In this document: positions 43,730-52,183 of the stretch, in pieces
Numbering within the stretch: position 1 is the stretch's first letter
How the letters are laid out: every line of letters begins with the position of its first letter
Source of the DNA: Candidatus Marinacidobacterales bacterium
GTDB lineage: Bacteria; Acidobacteriota; Vicinamibacteria; Marinacidobacterales; SMYC01
Assembly: GCA_965237955.1 (NCBI GenBank)
Contig: OZ250169.1
Coordinates: forward strand, 3,488,001-3,552,000
Length of the DNA: 64,000 nucleotides
Direction: 5' to 3'
Notes under the pieces: model-generated
The model's database searches: none
Told to the model about the DNA's origin: nothing
What the model saw: only the letters and a program-made list of their open reading frames with translations
Program-made: the position numbers and the translations under genes

Positions 43730-44894
43730 TCAAGGATCGACAACGCGGAACAGGCTCGTCTCGCCTTCGTGAATTTTGGAGATGACGACACTCCGTGCCG
43801 GATCCCGACTACCGCTGAACCGGATGGTTCCCGTCGCGCCCGTGTACTCGACGGTCTCGGCCAGAGCCGCGCGGATCGAATCTGGGTCTTTGCTCCCGCG
43901 GCTTTCGATGGCCCGAAGGAGAAGGTTGATCGCGTCGAACGTCATCGCGGCCGTGACCTTCGGGACGGTGCCATGCGAGTCACGGTAGAGCTCGACGAAA
44001 CTCCGCGCTTCGGGCGTGTCCATCGCATAGTGCCACTGATGCGCGATGAACGCCCCGTCGCTCTCGGGCATACGTTTGAACGCCTCCATGTCCCACATGT
44101 CGCCGCCTAGAAGGATCGCGTCGATTCCAAGCTCGCTCACCTGGCGGAGTTGGGCGACAACCCTTTCGGTGTCGTTGGGCAGGTAGAGCACGTGGGGATC
44201 GGTCGCGCCGATGCGCGCCAATTGTTCACGGTAGTCGAGTGGCTCGTCGAACGTATACGATTCGAACGCGACGATTTGGCCACCTTCGTCTTCGAATGCG
44301 CGCCGGAAGACGTCTGACAAGCTGCGTCCGTAAGCGGTCGTTTTGTCATAGAGCACTGCGGCGCGACTCGCGCCGAGCTCGTTCGCCGCGAACCGGCCCA
44401 TCACACTACCCTGGAAGTCGTCCAAGAATGCCAGGCGAAACACGAAGTTCTTGCCCTTGGTCGTTGCCGGGTTACTGGACATCGGGCTCAGCATCGGCAT
44501 GCGCGCATTCTCGGCAACGAAGGAGACGGGAATAGCGTGGCGTGAGAATTGCGGGCCGATCAAGGCGTCGATGCGCTCCTGATTGATGAGGGCGCGCGCG
44601 ACGCTCGTCGCTGAGTCGGCCCGGTCCTCGTAGTCTTTGACGACGATCTCGACTCGGTGAGGGTGCCCGTCGACTTCGATACCGCCGCGATCGTTGACGA
44701 TCTTCGCCGCGAGCTCGGAAGCGTTCACGGACGGGAGCCCGGAGGTTTCCTTGGGTTACACCCTGGAGGAGAGCTAGAAGTCCGATGCGGATCTCGCGAG
44801 GCGCGTCCGGCGCGGACCTGCAAGCGGTCACGAATGCGATCAGAGACGCGACTACGAGAAGCCTACTCACTTCCCGACACGTCTGCTTGCGCAT
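43730..44894 (-). CDS. LivJ/LivK-like substrate-binding lipoprotein; frameshift near 44755
   Basis: Lipobox VTAC, IRIGLLA; NDRGGI, FVFRLAFLDDFQG, GATGTIRF. Confidence 0.8.
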
Positions 44895-45037
44895 CCCGTC
44901 TGTCCCCGCACACCGCGCCACCGGGATCATGCCCCGGCGCCGGTCTCACTGCGTCATGAGCCTAACACGACTACAAAGTTACATTCAATAAGGAGTTGCA
45001 GCCACCCCCGTCGTGAACTAATCTTGACGCCCGACCA

Positions 45038-45706
45038 ATGGCAAAGCCGACGTTCATTCCGCTGTCCCAATACCGGGCGTTTCCGGTCGAAGACATGCAG
45101 CAGCGTGCTCGGGAGTTCCACGAGCACCTGAAAACGCGCCGTACGGTGCGGGAGTACTCCGAGCGTGAGGTGCCGCGGGAGATCATCAAGGAGTGCCTTT
45201 TGACCGCAGGCACGGCGCCGAGCGGTGCCAACCAGCAGCCCTGGCATTTCGCGGTCGTGACCGACCCCGCGATCAAGAAGACGATCCGCGAAGCTGCCGA
45301 GGAAGAGGAGCGCGCTTTCTACAGCGGCCGGGCGCCGGACGAGTGGCTCGAGGCTCTCTCACACCTCGGTACGGACGAGCACAAGCCGTTTCTGGAGATC
45401 GCTCCGTATCTCATCGTCGTCTTTTCACAAAACCATGGGGTCAAGTCGGACGGGAGCACACTCAAGCACTATTACGTTGCCGAGTCCGTCGGTCTCGCCA
45501 CGGGAATGCTGATTGCCGCCATCCACAATGCCGGTCTCGTGTCCCTGACGCACACGCCGAGCCCGATGAGGTTTCTGAACGACATCCTCGGCCGACCCTC
45601 GAACGAGCGCCCGTTCCTGATTCTCGTCGTCGGCTACCCCGCCGACGATGTGAAGGTCCCGAAGATAACGAAGAAAACGCTAGACGAGATCGCCAGCTTC
45701 CACTGA
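45038..45706 (+). CDS. Nitroreductase family, iodotyrosine deiodinase (IYD) subgroup
   Basis: [49 protein letters not shown]. Confidence 0.85.
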   Translation: MAKPTFIPLSQYRAFPVEDMQQRAREFHEHLKTRRTVREYSEREVPREIIKECLLTAGTAPSGANQQPWHFAVVTDPAIKKTIREAAEEEERAFYSGRAPDEWLEALSHLGTDEHKPFLEIAPYLIVVFSQNHGVKSDGSTLKHYYVAESVGLATGMLIAAIHNAGLVSLTHTPSPMRFLNDILGRPSNERPFLILVVGYPADDVKVPKITKKTLDEIASFH

Positions 45707-45903
45707 GCTCGTCGCTCGCGCTCGTGTCCGCCGTCGTCGTGGGGTCTACATCAGCGGAGCTGGTGGTAACGTTGAGATCGACACGCGCTCGTAAGCTCCC
45801 TCGACGTCGGAGGGTGTTTGCGCGAGAGTCGCCAATAGCGCGACGGCCATGATTTGCATGCTCAGACGCCTTCAATAGACTTGGACTAGCCACAGGAGGA
45901 CCG

Positions 45904-46449
45904 ATGGCCTGGATTCACATGATCCCCGAAGACGAAGCTTCCGGGAGGCTCAAAGAGCTCTACGACAAATACACGGAACCTTGGGGCGGCGTCGACAATG
46001 TTCTGAAGATCCACAGTCTCAACCCGCGGTCGATGGAAGCGCATTTCAATTTGTACATCGCCCTCATGCGGGGGCGATCCGAGCTGAGCCGCGAGCAGCG
46101 GGAGATGATTGCCATCGTCGCTTCAGTCGCGAACCAGTGTCACTACTGAATCAAGCATCACGGGGCGGGGCTCCGTAAGCTGACGAACGACGACGCATTG
46201 GTCGAGAAGCTCACGACCGACTGGCGCAATGCCGAGCTGTCCGATGCCGATCGGCGAATGTTGGAGTACACCGAAAAGCTGACGCTCGAGCCGTGGGAGA
46301 TGAACGAATCCGACGTCGTCGCCCTCCGCGACCAGGGTTTCAGTGACAGCGCGATCCTGGACATCAATCAAGTGACAGGCTACTACGCTTTTGCCAACCG
46401 TCTAGCCGAAGGCCTCGGCATCGAGCTAGAAGCGATCCATAAAGAATAA
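45904..46449 (+). CDS. AhpD/CMD-like peroxidase-related selenoprotein (Sec at UGA 46147-46149)
   Basis: QREMIAIVASVANQCHY-UGA-IKHHG continues in frame into ORF 46198; CxxU; hairpin just downstream of UGA. Confidence 0.85.
46160..46176 (+). promoter_or_regulatory. Putative bacterial SECIS hairpin
   Basis: ACGGGGC-GGG-GCTCCGT stem-loop starting 11 nt after UGA, with G in apical loop. Confidence 0.55.
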
Positions 46450-46489
46450 GAGAGCTACCGGTGAGTCTTTCTTCCCGCGGATAAACTCG

Positions 46490-47839
46490 TCACTCGCTTC
46501 CGAGGTTCAATTCGCGCCGACGTTCCTGTTGCCACCGCCTCACGTCCTCTTCCGAGACGTCCGGATAGCTCCCGAGCGCCCAATCGAGACACGCGATGAG
46601 GTCGTCGGCCGCTTCCAGACCTACGCCCAATCGAACGAGTCTGTCGATACCCAGTGCCCGTGCCTCGTCCTCGGTAGCCCAGTACTCCGAAACCGATCGA
46701 TGGTGGTTCACTTTGGTCACGAGTCCGTCGAAGCTCAGGGCGTAGCGCGGGACTCGCGTCATGGCGAGCACGTCACAGAAGTGGCGCGTTGTATCCTCAT
46801 CCGCTCCATCGAGGCGGAAGCTGAGAAGCGAGCCGGGAAGCGAGTACTGGGTGGCGATGACGTCGGCGTCCGGATGCTCGGGAAGGGAAGGGTGGTGGAC
46901 TTCGCTGACCCGCCTGTGCCCCGATAGAAACGAAGCGACTGCGCTGGCGTTCCGACAACGTCTCTCGAAACGAGCCCTCGCTTCATCGAGCGCTGCCACG
47001 ATCGATTGCGAACGACGCCAGTCGAGGATGCCTCCGCGCATCGCCACCAGATCCATGACTTCGTTCATCTCTCGAATCCGATTCGATGCGATATAGCCCC
47101 ACATGTTCCTATCGCGCCCATCCATGGCTTTCGTGCCGCTGGAGATGACGTAGTCGACGCCGAGCTCGAGGAGAGGTGTGTTCGGAGCCCACGGAGTGGC
47201 GATGGTGTTGTCCACGATCGAGACGATGCGCGGACTCCGCTCTCTCGCACGCGATACGATAGCGACGAGCTTTTCGACGTCCACCGCTCGGGTGAGCGGG
47301 TTCGAATACGTCTCCACGAACACGAACCGTGTCGCCTCGGTGATGGCGCTCTCGACGTGCGCGAGCGAGTCCTCGGGTACGAGATCGATGCTGCCACCGA
47401 GACCTTCGGCGAGACGTTTCAGGTACGCCTTGGTTTTGTTGTAGCTCGCTTGCACGACGACGGCGTGCGTTCCCTGCTCGAACAGAACGTCGAAAAGAAG
47501 CGCCGCTGCGCCCATGCCGGAGTCGACTGCGATCGCAGCGGAAGCGTGCTCGAGCTTTTCGATCGCTGAGACAAGCGCCCGCGTCGATTCCGACCCGTAG
47601 CGCGCATAGGTCGTCGGTAGATGCGACCAACAATCTTCGGCGAGGAGGCTGATTCGTGCTTTTTCTTCCTGCCACGCGATCATGCGCGCCGAGCCCAGGA
47701 GGTCGAGCTGGATCGACTGGCCGTCTGGATGGAGAAAGGGTTTGCTGTCGCGGCGTATGGCGTCGTCGACGGCGTCATGAAGCTCGCGTGTGTCCGCACT
47801 CATCTCGGCGCGGGACGGTGGGTGGGTACGGTCGGCCAT
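46490..47839 (-). CDS. PLP-dependent enzyme, Cys/Met metabolism (cystathionine gamma-synthase/lyase-like) family
   Basis: YARYG, DSGMGA, ETYSNP, DNTIATP, SGTK (PLP Lys), LVRLGVGLE. Confidence 0.85.
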   Translation of the reverse strand: MADRTHPPSRAEMSADTRELHDAVDDAIRRDSKPFLHPDGQSIQLDLLGSARMIAWQEEKARISLLAEDCWSHLPTTYARYGSESTRALVSAIEKLEHASAAIAVDSGMGAAALLFDVLFEQGTHAVVVQASYNKTKAYLKRLAEGLGGSIDLVPEDSLAHVESAITEATRFVFVETYSNPLTRAVDVEKLVAIVSRARERSPRIVSIVDNTIATPWAPNTPLLELGVDYVISSGTKAMDGRDRNMWGYIASNRIREMNEVMDLVAMRGGILDWRRSQSIVAALDEARARFERRCRNASAVASFLSGHRRVSEVHHPSLPEHPDADVIATQYSLPGSLLSFRLDGADEDTTRHFCDVLAMTRVPRYALSFDGLVTKVNHHRSVSEYWATEDEARALGIDRLVRLGVGLEAADDLIACLDWALGSYPDVSEEDVRRWQQERRRELNLGSE

Positions 47840-47872
47840 CAAGACTCGACGCACATTATAGGCTGGATGCGA

Positions 47873-48541
47873 TCAAACGCGCGCGTTCCGTCGAGAGAAG
47901 CGGTTGAAGAGCGCGTCGAACGCGAGCTGCACGTCTTCTTCCCGAAGAAAGATCGAGAACTCGGTCGCGGTCGACGCGATCTCGATGACGTTGATGTTCT
48001 GGAGCGCAATCTCCTCCATGAGCTGAAACAAAATGCCTTTGACCTTCAGGTAGCGCTCGTCGAACGCGACCCCCACCGCGGCGAGATCGTCGTGGAGGAT
48101 GCGTGGCGGCGAGCTGAGAGCGCTCGTCACCAGTCGCAGGTTCTCGGCTTCGACGATGACGGTCACCTCGCGCATACCTTCCGTCACCGTAATGAAGCCG
48201 TTGCGAGACTGGACGCGGTTGAACACCCGGTTGAGCTCGCGATGGCTCGTCGGTGACTTGGCGACGGTGGCCGCGCACAGGCCAGATTGGATGCTCACCT
48301 TGTCGAGGACGAGCTTGTCGCGGCGCGACTGAGATTGAGGCAGCCGGGCCAGCTTTTTCTGGAGTCTGGAGAGGTTCATCAGGACGGCGGCGTCGGTCAC
48401 TTCTTTTTTCGTCCGCGCCTCGATGCTCGGCCTCAGGAAACGCGCGACTTTCGTGAGGTTCATCAAGTCGTGATAGAAGCCGAATCGAAGCGCTGCGTGC
48501 GTCTCGACGATCTCCTGGACCGCTTCCGAAATCCGTATCAT
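47873..48541 (-). CDS. ACT-domain protein with helical N-terminus, putative amino-acid-responsive regulator
   Basis: MNLTKVAR...AAVLMNLSR N-terminus; C-terminal ACT-like GILFQLMEEIALQNINVIEIASTATEF. Confidence 0.7.
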   Translation of the reverse strand: MIRISEAVQEIVETHAALRFGFYHDLMNLTKVARFLRPSIEARTKKEVTDAAVLMNLSRLQKKLARLPQSQSRRDKLVLDKVSIQSGLCAATVAKSPTSHRELNRVFNRVQSRNGFITVTEGMREVTVIVEAENLRLVTSALSSPPRILHDDLAAVGVAFDERYLKVKGILFQLMEEIALQNINVIEIASTATEFSIFLREEDVQLAFDALFNRFSRRNARV

Positions 48542-48557
48542 GTTATGTATATAACAT
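48540..48557. promoter_or_regulatory. Palindromic operator candidate in divergent intergenic region
   Basis: ATGTTAT-GTAT-ATAACAT perfect inverted repeat in an AT-rich patch. Confidence 0.55.
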
Positions 48558-48659
48558 AATGACGTGTATGTAACAAATTCTCTATAGTTTCTTGGTCGTG
48601 GTGGGCCAGCAGTCTAAACTTCCACCTTGTTTGATGACAACCAACAGGAGGACGTGAAC

Positions 48660-48845
48660 ATGATGGCAACCATGACGATGGTGGAATGTCCGGTCTGCGG
48701 TGGTGGAGAAGTCGCTATGTCGCCGGACACCGTCGTGAACGAGCTACTCGATTGTGGCGAATGCGCGAGCGAGCTCGAAGTCGTCTCCCTCGATCCCCCG
48801 AGGCTCGAGGAGGCCCCCGAAGTCGCCGAGGACTGGGGTGAGTAA
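48660..48845 (+). CDS. lysW: Amino-group carrier protein LysW
   Basis: CPVC...CGEC zinc ribbon; C-terminal EDWGE; RBS AGGAGG. Confidence 0.96.
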   Translation: MMATMTMVECPVCGGGEVAMSPDTVVNELLDCGECASELEVVSLDPPRLEEAPEVAEDWGE

Positions 48846-49707
48846 AACCTCTTTTCGGGTGGCGTTGCTGCACTCGGTCGTGCGGCAGGAAGAAAAGCTC
48901 TTGACGTCCGCGCTCGAAAAGATTCCCGGCGTCGACTGCGTCTTGGTCGATGATCGCAAGCTGAGCGTCGATCCACAACGAGCGCACGCCGACTTCGATG
49001 CGGTGATCGCCCGGAGCGTGAGCAGCTCACGCAACGTGGCCGCACGCCATTTGTTCGAAGCCGCCGGCGTACGGTGTTTCAACCCTGCCTCGGTCGCTGA
49101 GATCTGCAACGACAAGATGCGAACGTCGCTCGCGCTGATCCGAGCGCGCGTGCCACATCCGGAGCTCCGGGTCGCGTTTACGGAAGACTCGGCGCTCGAA
49201 GCCATGGACGAAATGGGCTATCCGGTCGTGCTGAAGCCCGTGGTCGGTTCGTGGGGACGGCTCATCGCGCGCGCAACCGACACCGACAGCGCCCGCAGCC
49301 TTCTCGAACACAAGGCGGCGCTCCCGAGCTTCCAGCACCACATCTATTATCTGCAGCGCTACGTCGAGAAGAACGGCCGCGACATCCGAAGCTTCGTAAT
49401 AGGCGAACAGTGTATCGCGGCGATCGTGCGCGTAAGCTCCGATTGGCGAACGAACACGGCGCGTGGCGCCGTCGCCGCCAACTACCCCGTGACTCCGGAG
49501 CTCGAGGCGGTCTCTCTCTCCGCGGCGCGTGCCGTCGGCGGCGGGATTCTCGCGGTCGATCTGTTCGAGACCGACGAAGGCTTTCTCGTGAACGAAGTCA
49601 ACGACACGATGGAGTTCAAGAACAGCATCGAGCCCACCGGTGTCGATATTCCCGGAGCGGTCGCGCGCTACGTCGTCGACGAGCTGCGAGCGGCCCAAGC
49701 AGCATAA
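48838..49707 (+). CDS. lysX: ATP-grasp LysW ligase (LysX/ArgX)
   Basis: KPVVGSWGRL, RDIRSFVIG, WRTNTARG, EVNDTMEFKNS. Confidence 0.92.
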   Translation: MSKTSFRVALLHSVVRQEEKLLTSALEKIPGVDCVLVDDRKLSVDPQRAHADFDAVIARSVSSSRNVAARHLFEAAGVRCFNPASVAEICNDKMRTSLALIRARVPHPELRVAFTEDSALEAMDEMGYPVVLKPVVGSWGRLIARATDTDSARSLLEHKAALPSFQHHIYYLQRYVEKNGRDIRSFVIGEQCIAAIVRVSSDWRTNTARGAVAANYPVTPELEAVSLSAARAVGGGILAVDLFETDEGFLVNEVNDTMEFKNSIEPTGVDIPGAVARYVVDELRAAQAA

Positions 49708-50744
49708 TGCGAATCAATATCGTCGGAGGATCCGGCTACACCGGTGGTGAGCTGCTACGCTTGCTGTTGTTTCATCCCGACGTCGAGATTCAGGGAACGA
49801 GCTCGGAAAGCCTCGCCGGAAAATCAATAGGTCGAGCGCATCCCAATCTCCGCGGGATGACCGATCTGAAGTTCTCGAAGCTCGACGAGATCGAGCCGGC
49901 CGACCTCGTCTTTCTCTGTCTTCCGCACGGGACGGCGTCGGAGCGGTGGGACGAGCTCTTGGGGCTCGCGCCGCGCATCATCGATTTGAGCGCGGACTTT
50001 CGTCTGCGCGACGACGGAATATACGAAAAGTACTACGGCCGCGAGCACCCGCGACCACCGCTTCTCGAGCGGTTCGTCTATGGTCTTCCCGAGCTGCACC
50101 GAGACGCTATCCGGGTCGCGAATTGGGTAGCGTGCGGGGGCTGCAACGCGACGGCCACAATCCTGGGCCTGTACCCGTTGGCCCGAGCCGGCCTCATGGA
50201 CGCGAACGCTCCCGTGATCGAAGTCAAAGGCGGTTCGAGTGAGGCGGGGCGGAAGGCGTCGGCCACGAGCCATCATTCGGAGCGAAGCGGCTCGGTGCGG
50301 GCGTACGCTCCGACTGGACATCGACACACGGCCGAGATCGCACAGGCGCTCGGGAACGGAACGCCGATGCCGGTGCACCTCACGGTGACGTCGGTGGAAA
50401 TGGTGCGGGGCGCGGTTGCGACGAGTCACGTCTTTTCGAGCGGTGACGTTACCGAGCGCGACGTGTGGCAGATCTATCGTGACGCCTACCGTGACGAGCC
50501 TTTCGTTCGCCTGGTCAAGGAGCGCCGCGGGCCGTACCGCTATCCCGATCCCAAGCTTCTCGCGGGGACGAATTTCTGCGACGTCGGCTTCGAGGTAGAT
50601 GCGGATACTGGCCGCGTCGTCGTAGTGAGCGCTATCGACAACCTGATGAAAGGCGCGGCTGGCCAAGCCGTTCAGTGCATGAACGTGATGAACGACCTGG
50701 ACGAAACCGCCGGCCTGACCTTCCCCGGCCTCCATCCACTCTAA
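49707..50744 (+). CDS. lysY: LysW-aminoacyl-phosphate reductase (LysY/ArgC family)
   Basis: GGSGYTGGELLRLL, GGCNAT, HRHTAEI, AIDNLMKGAAGQA, GLHP. Confidence 0.92.
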   Translation: MRINIVGGSGYTGGELLRLLLFHPDVEIQGTSSESLAGKSIGRAHPNLRGMTDLKFSKLDEIEPADLVFLCLPHGTASERWDELLGLAPRIIDLSADFRLRDDGIYEKYYGREHPRPPLLERFVYGLPELHRDAIRVANWVACGGCNATATILGLYPLARAGLMDANAPVIEVKGGSSEAGRKASATSHHSERSGSVRAYAPTGHRHTAEIAQALGNGTPMPVHLTVTSVEMVRGAVATSHVFSSGDVTERDVWQIYRDAYRDEPFVRLVKERRGPYRYPDPKLLAGTNFCDVGFEVDADTGRVVVVSAIDNLMKGAAGQAVQCMNVMNDLDETAGLTFPGLHPL

Positions 50745-50760
50745 GAGCTCCAAGAACCAC

Positions 50761-51387
50761 ATGTGTCGGTTTCTGATGATGCGGGGGGAGCAGCCGTTCG
50801 CGGCGCTGCCGGTACTCGAGTCGTTTCGAGAGCGGTGTCGTGACAGCCGTGAGTATCAGGGTCACGGCTGGGGAGCGGCGTGGCGGTCCTCGGGTGCGTG
50901 GTCGCGTTATCGTTCTCTGACTCCGATTTGGGACGATGATCCCGAGCTGCCTTCGGAGGTCGACTTTCTCGTGGTGCACGCGCGCAGTGCCTTCCGCGAC
51001 GAAGGCATCGACATCGAGAACAACATGCCCTTCTACCGTGGGGAGTGCGTCTTTGTCTTCAACGGCGAGCTTCAAGGAGTCCGCTTGCAGGTTCCAGGAC
51101 GTATCGGCGCAGAGAAGATCTTCAATCTCATAGAAGGGCGAGACGAGGGGGACCTCGATGTGGCCGTCGCCGCTGCCGACAGCTTGCTCGTCTCGAAGAG
51201 CGCACGTGTGCGCGCGATGAACCTGGCGCTCACCGACGGCGATCGTATCTATACGAGCTGCCGGTTCACGGAATCGCCGGACTACTTCACGCTGCACTAC
51301 CGAGAGGGCGCCCTCGCCGCAGTGTGCTCCGAGCGTCTCGACGACAGTTTCAAGCCGATGGCGAGTGGGGAGCGCCGCGTCATCTGA
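50761..51387 (+). CDS. Ntn-hydrolase / class II glutamine amidotransferase-like (EgtC/DUG3/YafJ-like)
   Basis: N-terminal MCR nucleophile, HGWGAAW, VVHARSA, NNMPF, FVFNG. Confidence 0.85.
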   Translation: MCRFLMMRGEQPFAALPVLESFRERCRDSREYQGHGWGAAWRSSGAWSRYRSLTPIWDDDPELPSEVDFLVVHARSAFRDEGIDIENNMPFYRGECVFVFNGELQGVRLQVPGRIGAEKIFNLIEGRDEGDLDVAVAAADSLLVSKSARVRAMNLALTDGDRIYTSCRFTESPDYFTLHYREGALAAVCSERLDDSFKPMASGERRVI

Positions 51388-51388
51388 C

Positions 51389-52183
51389 GTGCTGCTCGTA
51401 AAAGTGGGCGGGGGTGCCGCCATCAACCTTGCCGGGATTGCCCGCGATCTCGCGAGCCTCGACGAGCCCGCGATCGTCGTTCATGGTGCGAATGCATGCC
51501 GAGACGATCTCGCGGAGCGTCTCGGTCACCCGACGCGCACGATCACGTCGGCGTCGGGCGTTTCGAGCGTTCTCACCGATGCGGACGCGCTCGACGTTTT
51601 GACGATGGCGTACGCCGGGCTCGTGAACAAGCGGTTCGTTCATCTCTGCCAACAACAAGGCGTCAACGCCATCGGCCTCACCGGACTCGACGGTGCTCTG
51701 GTGCGTGGTCGGCGCAACCCCGGTATTCGAGTTCAGGAGAATGGAAAAAAGCGTCTCGTGCGGGATCACTCGGGAAAACCCGAGACGGTGAACACGTCGC
51801 TTTTGAGGTTGCTCGTCGACCAGGGCTACACGCCGCTTCTCACGGTCCCGATTCTCGACGAGCACGGTCTTCCCGTGAGCACCGAGAACGACAGCGTCGT
51901 CGCTCTGCTACAGAAAAGCTTGGGAGCCCGCCGGGTCGTGCAGTTGCTCGAAGCTCCTGGATTTCTCGAGGACCCGGACGATCCCGCGAGCGTCGTCGAC
52001 GAGATGCGATTTTCGGAGCTCGAGGAGCGGGCGCGCTCGGCGCGCGGGCGTTTCCAGCGAAAGCTCATGGGGCTTTCTGCAATGGCGGCGAGCGGTTGCG
52101 AGGAGATCATTCTCTCGGATGGAAGAAGCGATAGCCCGCTGAGCTCGGCGCTTGCCGGCCGAGGCACGCGGATACGAAGGTGA
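51389..52183 (+). CDS. lysZ: LysW-aminoacyl kinase (LysZ/ArgB family)
   Basis: LVKVGG, IVVHG, NAIGLTGLDG, RDHSGK; some motifs divergent. Confidence 0.88.
   Translation: MLLVKVGGGAAINLAGIARDLASLDEPAIVVHGANACRDDLAERLGHPTRTITSASGVSSVLTDADALDVLTMAYAGLVNKRFVHLCQQQGVNAIGLTGLDGALVRGRRNPGIRVQENGKKRLVRDHSGKPETVNTSLLRLLVDQGYTPLLTVPILDEHGLPVSTENDSVVALLQKSLGARRVVQLLEAPGFLEDPDDPASVVDEMRFSELEERARSARGRFQRKLMGLSAMAASGCEEIILSDGRSDSPLSSALAGRGTRIRR

Noticed and set aside
45904-46149. Calling the AhpD gene a nonsense pseudogene or two small genes
   Set aside because: The stop is UGA exactly at the second catalytic Cys position with a downstream hairpin, favouring selenocysteine.
48540-48580. ARG box upstream of lysW
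   Set aside because: The AT-rich palindrome does not fit TGNAT-N4-ATNCA well; kept only as a generic operator candidate.
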